Positions 14,501 to 26,500 of a DNA stretch of 64,000 nt are shown piece by piece; positions within the stretch are counted from its first letter, which is position 1; every line of letters begins with the position of its first letter. The DNA lies in NCBI GenBank assembly GCA_032718475.1, contig JAUCBJ010001234.1:17366-81365 (forward strand), read 5' to 3'. The position numbers were made by a program, and so were the translations under genes. The stretch is from Nemertoderma westbladi. Taxonomy: Eukaryota; Animalia; Xenacoelomorpha. The notes under the pieces were generated by a model. That model ran no database searches, was not told the DNA's origin, and was given only the letters and a program-made list of their open reading frames with translations.

Positions 14501-17500
14501 TAATAAACTACTCCAGTGAACCAAAATTTACGATTTAGGGGTTTTTGTAGTCGCTGAATTCATTTCTGATATCTGTTTTAATGTTTGATGACATCTGGAC
14601 TGCCTGTCTGTCTGTTTGTCTGTCATTCTGTCTGATCTGTCTGTCAGACTGTCAATTTCACAGACAATAAATAAGTAAGTACACCACATCACTATAATTT
14701 ATGATATGGGGGTTTTCCTAGTCGCTGATTCCATTTCCGATGTAAATTTTAATATTTGACTGAACCTAGAATGTCTGTTTGTCTGTTTTTATGTCTGTCT
14801 GTCTGCCAGTCAAAATATAAGGAGGCATGTCACCTGAATTAAATTTCAGATATGGGGGTTTTCCTAGTCGCTTATTTAATTTCTAATACATGTTTTAATG
14901 TTTGATGACATCTGGACTGTCTTTATGTCTATCTGTCTGTCTGTCAGTTTGTCTGTCTGTCTGACTTACTCATTTTTAATAATTGCATGAACCTTGACTG
15001 TCTGTTTAAGTCTGTCTGTCTGTATGTCTTTCTTGACAGACAGATCGACTGACAGATAAATATACAGGCATAATAGACACCTCCAAACAGGAAAGATAAC
15101 ACCAGAATTGAAATCACCGACCTTAAAAACCCCCACAGTGAAAATTTTAGTTACGTAGTGTGATTCGTTATGTTTTTGACAGACAGACCGATAGACGGAC
15201 AAACAGACAGACAAACTAGATTACGTCAAATTTGAAAACTGACCCCGGAAATGAAATTTGCAACCACGAAAACCCATATAGCAATTATTTTAGTTAGGTG
15301 GTGTACATTTGTATATCCATAATTTGTTGACAAACAGAAAAACAGACAACTTAAGCTTACGATGTGATGTTAGGATTTCGATTTCTGAAATCTACGTTAA
15401 ATTCTGATTTAGAATTAATAAAAAAAAAATTCGAAAATTTTTCAATATTTGATAAGTTCTGGGGTACCATCTCCCCTGAAGAAATTTACATTTAATACGG
15501 ACATATTGAAAATCACTCGCGGTTCAAAATTACTAAAAGTGGCCAAAACTAAACACAAACATTAGACACGCAGTAACTTTTGACTTCCTCGATCATTTCC
15601 AATAAATTAAAATTTTAAAATGACCGACATTTTTTGGTATTACAGGTGACGATTATTTTGCAACGCTACCTTGTATTTATTTTTCAGAATATCTGCGCGA
15701 ATTCGAAAAGATTTTTCAGTGTAGACACTCAATACGTTAACAAACCAGATATGTTATATCTATATACCATTTGAAAGAGCGTAAAATTCTGCAGAAGCTA
15801 ATATATTATATATTGTTGTCCAATGTATTGGACAACAATAACGGGGGGGTTGTGTCATTGAATAGCGACATTATATCCCGGGCATTATGTATAGTGTGTA
15901 TTAGAATGACGCCGTGACATACCGGAAATACATAGTAAATGTATGGCGTATGTCGGTATGTCGGTATGTCGAACTGCGATATAAATTTGGAAAATAAATA
16001 TGTCACCCTGGCGATTTGGTGGAGCGAAATTAATTCCATATAAATAAATAAATTATGTACAAACATTGACAGTTGTATTTATGATTTTCTACTTACTACA
16101 GATAAGATAAATACACTCAGTGAACTTTGCCCGCCTCACAACAGTTAACATGGTTATTGCATTTATTAACAGCAAATTAATTACAAAACATTTAGGTTAA
16201 GAAATTCGGCATATCCCTTGAGTAGAACAATTATATTTATTTAAAAATTGAAATATTTTATAACTGAATAATATGTAGAACACGGTTGGGTGTATGTAAC
16301 CTTCACCAATACGGAGATTCGATCCTGTAACTGGTGCGCCAACCCAGCCCTATGGGATCTCTGCTGGGGGGAGTAAAAAAAAAGGGTTGAATAGTTACGA
16401 AGTGTTCACACCTAGGAGTTTGTGTGGTGACCTCCCTGTGTTACAGGTAACAGCCAAGAGAGAGAGAATAGTCTTTAGGCTCCCTCAGCACAACGATAAC
16501 TTTACTTTAATTATGGGGATGGTCGCTATTTTGTATTAATTGATTTGAAATTATTAAATTATTTAAATTAATTGTACAGAGTATAGGGATTATAAACTAA
16601 AGGACGACTTTTAGATATGTGTAAACTTGACCGACAAATACTACGATTAAAAACTCAAAAAAATGCTATTACCACAAGAAAGGAACACAATGCAATATAA
16701 CTAAAAAACACCGTTATAGCCAACAAGACCGTACAGAAAATAATGGACGCGCAGGTTCCATGTAAGTCGCCAATTCGTCGGATGTCTATGAGAAAGGCTA
16801 TTCTAGTTGGTTCACTCTATGGGGAGGAAGAAAACACAAAACTAATCGGTGTGTATGCGGAAGATAGGCAGCAGATTGATAATGAAAAGGAAGATCATAT
16901 AGATTATAGACTGACGAGGAAAGATGGGCTAGTAGAGCGGGAAGGGATGGTGGGAAATAGAAGAGGCACAGAGGGGAGACATCGGCGCCTGGGTAGTGGG
17001 GAAATGATCAGAATAGAGCGGGCGAGTCTAGAAGAAATCAATAGCGATGGAAACCGCAAGGGGAAGAACAACATGCAAAGATGGTCTAGTATGGACAGAG
17101 GGTTATCTAAAGTTGGTTCGGGAAAGTTGGACACATGGAGAGTGAAAGGTCGACAGCAGAGCAGCCCTGAGTCCAGAATGGGTGGGGGAGGGATCGAGAT
17201 CTGTCAGTTAACCTCGAGCGGACCGCAGCACGCTACGAGTGTCCCAAACTTCGCCGGGGGTGGCTTAACTCGTCGGTTCACCGCCAGCGAGTACTGCATC
17301 AAGGAGGAGCCACGAGACGAGGAGACCTTCCGCCGACGCGTCTCGAGCGTGGACGAGACGACCCGGTACCTGGACCTCGATGTGGGACGTGTGTCCCGGG
17401 AGCGGGACGTCGGGGGACAAAGACTCGCGAGGATCCACCGGGTCTGCACCGAGACGCCGGACCTGCTGCCCGTGTTCGGAGAAATCGAGAGAGCGCTGAG

Positions 17501-20500
17501 TATGCCCGCGGGGATCGACAAGGAATCCAGCAGGTTATCCCGCAAACCCGCCGCATCCACCGATGATCCCGTAGAACCAAACACTGCCCAAACTCTTGAT
17601 ATATCGCGGACAGCTGAATCACGCGGACGTCAAAAGATCCGTAGTCTATATACAGCAAACCGAGACCCGCAAATAAACTCATCACAGGAATTTAACTCCA
17701 GTGGGTTGCAGCGGACACAATTAAGATCATCGATGCCAACATTGAACAGAGGGCTAGGCTTTACGTTGAATGTCCCTTTTACAGCCACACCGAGCGCCAA
17801 GAACGATAAGGAGGAACTAGTAGCTAAAGCGTTGTGGGATCACGTGACCCTGGACTCGGAGGAGTTGACGTTCCGAGCGGGCGACGTTATCCGGGTTTTG
17901 GAACGAACCAACTCGACGTGGTGGTTCGGTGCCGCGCACGGACGGACCGGGTGGTTCTCCAGCGTTCACGTATTCGCTTTCGCGGCCAACCCCGTCGAGA
18001 CGTTCGAGGACTGTCTCGAACGACTCAGCGAGGCCCACATGCCGCTCACCAAGAAATCCCTGCGTCGATTCAGTTTCATTCGCCGGGCCCAGGTACGGGA
18101 GCACGTAGTCCGGGAAGTGATAAAAACCGAGGAGCTTTACGGAGCAGTACTCCTAAATTTATGTCACGGGTTCATTCTGGAATTTAAAAAAAGAACCAAT
18201 TTATTTTCGGTACCGGCTATAAATAGAATATTTGGCAATATGGAGGATTTATATGAATTGCATGTAAAACTATTAAAAGAATTGCGTCGCGCTGTGCTCA
18301 AAGCAGAATCGATGGATGATAGTCTCATAGGAGGGTGTTTCTTACGATTCGCTGATGATTTCGAATTGTACTCGATTTACTGTAACAACCATCCCGGGTC
18401 GTGTTCCTTGTTGGCTAAACTCGCGGAGAAACCGGAATACCCAGAGTTGTTCGAAGAGTGTCGTGTACGCCGGGGGATGCCGGAGCTGCCGCTAGGGGGC
18501 TTCCTATTGAAACCGGTGCAGCGCATCTGCCAGTACCCGCTGCAGTTGGCCGAACTGATTAAATACACGTCGCCCCATCACCAGGACTACGAGGAGACAA
18601 AGCTAGCGTTGGACGCAATGAGGACAGTGGCAACCAACATCAACGAGTCAAAGAGACGCCTAGAGATGATTGGCCAACTGCTGAAATGGCAGAAAACGGT
18701 TGACCAATGGGAAGGCGAGCCGATAACAGCCACCAGTTCCCAACTCATCAAATCCGGAGTCGCATATAAATACGTAAAGAAATCGCCGCAGGAACGGTGG
18801 CTGTATTTATTCGATCGCTTACTCGTCGTGTGTAAGAAGGACCTCCGAGGTCGGTTTGTCTACAAGGAGCGAATCGATATGAACTCCTGCTGGTATAAAT
18901 CCTTACCTAACGGCCGGGATAACCATTTACATGTGTTGCTAAGGAACGCATTCTGTATTTACGTTGACAACGCGAGCTGCGACTACCATGTATTCACGTC
19001 GAAGAACGCCAAAGAGGCGGAGGCGTGGGGCGAGGCGTTCGTGGAGGAGTTGCGAGTCCGGACGTCGACGGAATCGCCGCGGATAACGGCGGACGCCTCG
19101 ATGAACGCAGAGAGACTCTCACTCACCTACAGCGCGAGTTTCCGGGGCAACCAGAGTCGCCCTGTGCGGCACTCTGTCGCTGGGGGCGCTAGGAAAAAAC
19201 CCTTATTAGACAGAAAGAGACAGGGACAGGGACAGGAAAGTGGAAGAACTGGTTTAAAATTTTGGCAACGCTTTGGTTCTCTTAATAAACTTAGTAAGTA
19301 GGATTAGTATATAGTTTAGTTGTTAGCAATAACCAAACTTACGCATCTGTTCGAATTACTGTTAGGGAATTAATTATAAAATTACAAATGATTAATAAAT
19401 TTAAGTTGTTTAATGGCCTACTATAATAGTAATAATAATAGTAGGTCATGGTTGTTTTCAAACCATCAAATTAAAATCAACCATATCGACAAATATAATA
19501 AATAAATTCCGGTTTTATTAAAGGTACTAACATTTTTCCATTGCTTCCGGCATAGCCATTAAATCTTGTAGCGATATGAGATGCCGTTAATTGGGATTCT
19601 GTAAGACCTAATACCCTAAGTAAATCGGGGTGTCTCTTTAGAATATACTTTTGGTGGTACCTGAGGGAGAAAACAATAAATTATATTTAGGGCAATCTAT
19701 ATACATTCCATTCTCCTTTTCACTGACTACCCAATCTTGCCTTTATAAATAGTGATGCACTAGTTGCCCCCCCATGCGTGTATTTGCCCGGGGCAAACAA
19801 TTTATACTATTTATACTTTTCACCATTAATTTAGCGTTCAGGGTGTAACTTTTCTAATTAGATTATTTTAATCCTAAATTTAAACATTTAACGGAGTCTT
19901 CAGATTGGGTGACTTTTCTTCTTTCTCCATCAGTGGAGTTCCTAATGTTATAATTTTGGAAAAAAACCTACGCGTATCATTGTTGCAAATTATTTATCAG
20001 AGTTCGGTGGAAGTATTTTAATGTGTTTGTTTGTGAAACAATCCGCAAGGATCAGCACACTGCATGTACCATCACCATCTGTAATATGGTTATGGTAAAT
20101 AGGGGCTTGGGATTATTCCACAAACAATAACAATTATTGGTACATGTTTCTGTAGCAACGATCTATAAAGCTTCAACTGTCAACATATTACACTTGAAAG
20201 AGGGAAATCTACGGCATTATATTTACTACTGTTTTAATTTGGTGGTTAGAGAGAAACCGTGATCCAGATAATGGGTTTCATTAAATCGCAAATTCCTCTT
20301 TATTGATTTATAATCTAAAACTCGCTAATCATTAGAATCTATCCAAGACTTTCTCCGATAGATATCATTACAATATTTTCAACAAAACAAAACCGGTCAT
20401 TATATTCCTAATGTAAGTAGAAATGATTACATTATAGTATCAACCTATAATCCATTGAATAAAGAAAGTATCTGGACTCACCCTTCTGCATCGTAAAATC

Positions 20501-23500
20501 GATCCAACTGAATTAATTTAGTGCGGATCTTCGACGAATATTGGCGTTGGAACTCTGCCATCGATTCCTGAGCGACACTGAAAAGTAAATAAATGGGGAT
20601 ATTAAAAGTAAATCAATGGGAATATCAAAGGTAAATCAATGGGGATGTCAAAAGTAAATCAATGGGAATATCAAAAGTAAATAAATTGGGATATCAAAGG
20701 TAAATTCACAAGGATATCAAAACAGAGACACTGAAAAGTAAATCAATGGGGATATCAAAGGTAAATCAATGGGGAATGTGGAAATATCAAAAGTAAATCA
20801 ATGGGGATATCAAAAGTAAACCAATGGGGATATCAAAACAGAGACACTGAAAAGTAAATCAATGGGGATATCAAAAGTAAATCAATGGGGATATCAAAAG
20901 TAAATCAATGGGGATATCAAAACAGAGACACTGAAAGGTAAATCAATGGGGGATATGAAAAGTAAATCAATGGGGATATCAAAAGTAAATCAATGGGGAT
21001 ATCAAAACAGAGACACTGAAAAGTAAATCAATGGGGATATCAAAAGTAAATCAATGGGGATATCAAAAGTAAATCAATGGGGATATCAAAACAGAGACAC
21101 TGAAAAGTAAATCAATTGGGATAACAAGAGTAAATCAATGGGGATATCAAAATAGCGACACTGAAAAGTAAATCAATGGGGATATCAAAAGTAAATCAAT
21201 GGGGGATATCAAAACAGAGACACTGAAAAGTAAATCAATGGGGATATCAAAAATAAATCAATGGGGATATCAAAAGTAAATAAATGAGGATATCAAAGGT
21301 AAATCAAGGTACCATAAATGTAGCCAGTTCCTCATGACGTTGTTGTGTGACAACAAGTGGAAAAACTGATATTACTCCTGAAGTATAAGACATTCTCATA
21401 ATTTTTGCATTGACTCTTTCCTTATGAAATTGGCCAATCGCGTGAATTTTCGTAGGAGCATAGCTTTAGTGGTTTATCCAATGACGGGCGCTCAAACATT
21501 TGGTAAATCTTAATGAGGTACACCTTTGTGTTTGTTTTGTTACTAAGCTATGTAAAAGGCAGCAGAGGAGAAAGGATGCTGATTGGACAATGTCTTTAGA
21601 TAGACAATTAAATAAACTTTCAAATGATGTATTCAGTAAGGGTATTGTCCTAATGTTGTTTAGTACCTAAGTACCTAACATAAGACATTGGCAGCAATTA
21701 GTGCTGCGAACTGAATCAATATTTGACTAGTTTCAGTTTCAGTTCCAGTTTCAGTTCGAATAAACCTATTTATTTCAGTTCCAGTTCCAGTTTCCAAAAA
21801 AAAATAGTTTCAGTTTCAGTTCTAGTTTCAGTTTGAATGAGGCTGTTTATTTAAGTTCCAGTTTCAGTTCCGGAAAAAAAATAGTTTCAGTTTCAATTCA
21901 AGTTTCATAACAATAATAAGTAATAAGAAGGCCTACCGCTGTCATCCTATAGCAACCACAATACTGTATATATATATATTCAGTACTAACTGTATATATT
22001 TATATTTATGGACCAGTGTTGAGAATTCCAGAATTATACGAATATTAATTATTATCCTACAATAACTGAATAATAATTATAGTAGTAGTAATTTTATTGA
22101 CAGAATATAGGAATAATACCTGTATAAACCACCGCAAGGAAGTGCAGGTAATATTAACATTCGCAATACCTTCCCAAAAGTTAATAATTACAAACTCCGC
22201 TGGGAGGAGCTGAAAACAGGCCTTTACTTATGCCGTAACCGTATTGTTTTGTTTTTTTTATTCCCTGGGGGGGGGGGGGGGGGCATATTGTAATTTATGT
22301 TTACATTTATTTTCAATTTATTACTTCCAGTTTTCAATTTTCAGAATTCAGTTCCAGTTCCAGTATTTCAATATATCACGTTTCAGTTCTAGTTTCAGTT
22401 TCAGTTTTAAAAAAATTAAAGTTTCAGTTCCAGTTCAGAAAAAATGCCCAAAACAATTTCAGTTCGATTTCAGTTCCAGTTCAGTTTCAGTTTCAGTTCG
22501 CAGCACTAGCAGCAATGCTATCCCCGTTTCTCTCAGACATACACCTTGTGGTGAGGACAGTGATGTGCTATTGATTCGTTATTTCTTGGATTTTTGGTCT
22601 GTTACCTTACCGTTAACAGACAGACAGTCGAAACCAACATGAATAGCTCTGCTGAGTGCTGACACTCATATATAGGGGGGGATAAACATTGTTTAGCATC
22701 ATTGTTATATATCAAAATGATTATTAAACGACTTAAATATCTAAAGAAACGTAATAAATATATTATCTAACCTTAGCTGTTCCTGGTTTGTGTAAAATAT
22801 GGCCGACATATATTGGGGAGCGTGGGAAGCAGAACAATCGTGGTTGTTCCAAAAGATTCCGAGGAGGTGTTTGTAGGTGATCCTGGAGGGGTCGTACTCT
22901 ATGTGAACTGATTCCGTGTGGTCGCCACTACCAGATATAATGCAAACTTAATTGATATAATTACTGGTAAACCGGTAAACGAAGTGTGTGGGAACGAATA
23001 AAGAGTATTTTTAAACGGAAGGATCCTTCACTTTATATTGTCTGCAGCATGCAGACAGCCAGCATCGAACTTCACGGAAAGGCGCAACTGCTATCTCACC
23101 GATAATTTTCGGTCGCTACTGTAACTACTTCGCTAAATTCTATACAAACTGTGACAAAGATTGAATTGTTGTTTTAGTTTGAAGAGATAATATAAGAAGG
23201 TATGATTTTGATAGTGAGTGACATCCGACCAATAAAAATCAATCCCTCTCAGGAGAATAACAGCGGATTACTCTGAAAAATAAAACTGTAACCTGCCTAC
23301 TTAACTTTTGTTTATTGTTTTAGTTAGAATAATGTGCCACTGTAACTGGATCATTTCTCATAATTTACAATTTAACATTGATGAGATACTATTCCTTTTA
23401 TTCACCAGAAGCAGAAAGCGACTTCCAACTATTCGAGTAAAGTAATAATAATAACTTACAGACTCCTGTATGTTGGGTTAGCTTTGGCTCCACCGGTGTA

Positions 23501-26500
23501 GCCCACTTTAGTCCGTATGACACCCGGCATGGCACCAAACATCGCCTCGGGAAACCAAAATCAGCTCATTCCGAAAACCGCCACGCCGGAGCCCATTACC
23601 ACAGGTTCCCTTATTGACATTGGCTTAGCGGATTGAGTGGCGTGGACCTAAAATAAACAAGAAAGAGTCTAGTGAGCTAGTATATTGATATTTTACAATT
23701 AAATACTTGGGTATTAAATACTGGGCCCATCGTTTAATTCAACAGCCCCATTTGGTCAGAGCCGTAACACCAAATCTTTGCCCCCCCCCCCCCCCCCCCC
23801 CGCGCCCTGCCCCCAATATGCAGGATGGCAAACTGCTAGTTTAAAATTTAAGTGTTGATTTTTATGACAGAAATTTAGTTAATGTTTTCAAATAAGGCAA
23901 TTCAAATTTCTGATTTGGATGAAATAATCACGAAAATTATTAACTAAACGCAATGTAATAATGAAGAGATGGGGAGGGGTAGATAACTAACTCAGTCTGG
24001 TTGAACAAAGAAGGAACACAGGGCACTCACTGCTCACTAACAAGTATCAATATATAGGTAGGCAATTCAAGATCTCTTGGGCCTCTGTAATTTCCCCAGT
24101 ACAAAAGGAAGGATTTTATCAGTAATTTTATTGGGAGGGCCCCAAGCGTAGGAAGGCCCTACGCTAAAGCGAAATTAGCTTCCTTGTTAACACGGCCCTG
24201 CATTTGGTGTTGTCACATATATGATATAAAAATATGGTGAAATCATCATCTTATTGGAGAGGAAATAGTTGGATGGACTTCACCACCTTCACACACCATC
24301 TAGCTGGTCAAATAAGCCGCTCCTGGGCTCTTGTCCTGCGCAGAAACGAAAGGTTAAACCAACGAGGCAGATCAATAGAAGAGCGCTGTAAATTCCCCTG
24401 CTTTGTATAATTGTACAAAATGATATAATAGCGGACATATATATTTTCAACTTTTTATCCTTCACTCTTTCCGTCATCTAATGTTGTCCTTGCCACTCTG
24501 CTTTACGCCTACTGTTGGTTATAACTTTAAGATAACAAGATACGAATTTGTATTTAAGTTTTTAATTTCATTCATTCAGGTCTACAATTATTCAAAATTA
24601 CATTTTTTAAATCGTTACATCTTACCTTATACCGGTACCGTAATAATACCAGTTCTAACTAATTACACCATTTTACATTTAAAATCTACATCCTAAAACT
24701 TGACAGTATTCTGGGTCTGTGTCATTAATTAAGGCAATGTGTCATTTTGTTCAACGAGAGAGTGACAGTGAGCATGCGCGTGCATTAAAAGGCGAGGGGT
24801 TTGAAATTTATGTAAATCAGTACCGGTACCGGTAATCACCGAAACACGGGAGCGGGGCGGACTGCTGCTGGACTGGACCAGACAAACACCACAACAAACT
24901 GATCAACCAGCAATCGCCTCATCGCTGCTGTACCACAGTACTGCAGTAACTTCATGGTGCGGAACGGGCTGACCGTTACCGGAATGAATATTTTAAATTA
25001 GGAACTATGTCTGCTCACCGGATAAACGTTTGTTGCTCTGGAAGATAATCCTTTAACAATATCCCGAAACAAAGTTAACATCGAAAATAATACTGTAATA
25101 AATCAAAGTCAGAATGTACCGGTAGGTACAGTAAACAGGCCAATGTACCAGGTAACACAGACTCTACCTACAACGGTACTCGGGAACTGCAGTGTCGCAA
25201 TAGCGGCACGGTATGAACGTATATGGATTAATATAGCTGTACAGTGTAATAATTGGTCATACACCAATCAGCAAAGATTAGGTAGGCCTAAGACTGTCAC
25301 GGGTAGCGGTAGGTTAGATGTAGATTTAAGGAAGCATAAACAGACAAAGGGAGTTACCGGTATCATGAATCATTTTATCAAAACAGGTTGTTTGTTTAGG
25401 TTTGGTTGCTACGTTACGTGTGAAGTGGTCGGTGGTATATTGTGTACACCTTGGTGAAAGAGCTGGGATTTTCAGTTCCGTTACCGTGTATTTTTGTCAG
25501 CAGTATTTTTGTTTTGTCAGAAATATCAGTATGTTATCGTTATGTTTATGTACTATTTAGTACAGTATTTCGGGAGGACTTTCTTCAAGATGGCGGGACA
25601 ATAGTGCTATGCTGTAAAGATCGGAGGTCCGGTGACAAAAGTCTCGAATCCACTTTCTTATTATATAGCTCTGCTGGACTTTCGTCACGAAAATTTCAGG
25701 TGAAACCTCGACCGCACAAGACCAACTTACAGACGTTGGGCTGGGTATATCTAAAGTCTATAGCTGAACCGCCCTGGCACATGAGTATTTGAGTAGGTCG
25801 GTTAACTAGCACATACCAATTTAAAACACACACAAACTACAGTAAATGTGTTATTAAAATAAAATTCACGTGTAGGATTCTGTATGGCTTTCTGACAATT
25901 TTGTATATTATATTCTCACACACCCAATGCAATACAGGACTACAGCAATAACTTCGCTCTAAGTATCATTTATAAAATAACTTTGATTCACAGTGTTATA
26001 TTCCGTAGGCGTTAGAAAATAATTCGCCTCAACAGTGATCTGCAAAAATATAGTAGCAAACTTGGTCGTGGGGATATGGCATGGGATACATGATATATCC
26101 ATGCAATGAGTCGTACTGTATAATTAATAATAGAGTACGACATTGTCTTCCATTCCATACCTAACGCAGTACGCATTATGCAGTAAGTCTGGACTGACTG
26201 CAGTAAGTACTGTACTACATATACAGTATTTGAAGAGTACATGGCGCAGTGTACGTACTGTACTGCACTACTGTACTGTGCCGTACTGTTCAAGGTGGCT
26301 GCTATTGTAACCTATATTAATCGAACTAAAGTATTACATAAAATCAAGGTGGGCGTTGTTTTGTTAACCAGAAACGCATTAGTTAAATCACATCTCATCA
26401 CTTTTAAATCTCATAACTCTTTAAGTTAGCAGTTTACCTGATACCTTGTTGTCTGGAGTGTATGTCGAACCAAAGGATTCAATTTATTTTACAGAAAGTA

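Noticed and set aside
19440-19492. SECIS candidate hairpin (ATGGTTG...CAACCAT) after exon 5
   Set aside because: Lacks a properly spaced AUGA/GA quartet, and it is intronic under the preferred gene model.
25143-25792. + strand ORFs of 104 and 116 aa as a nested gene
   Set aside because: No recognisable domain and no consistent exon chain.
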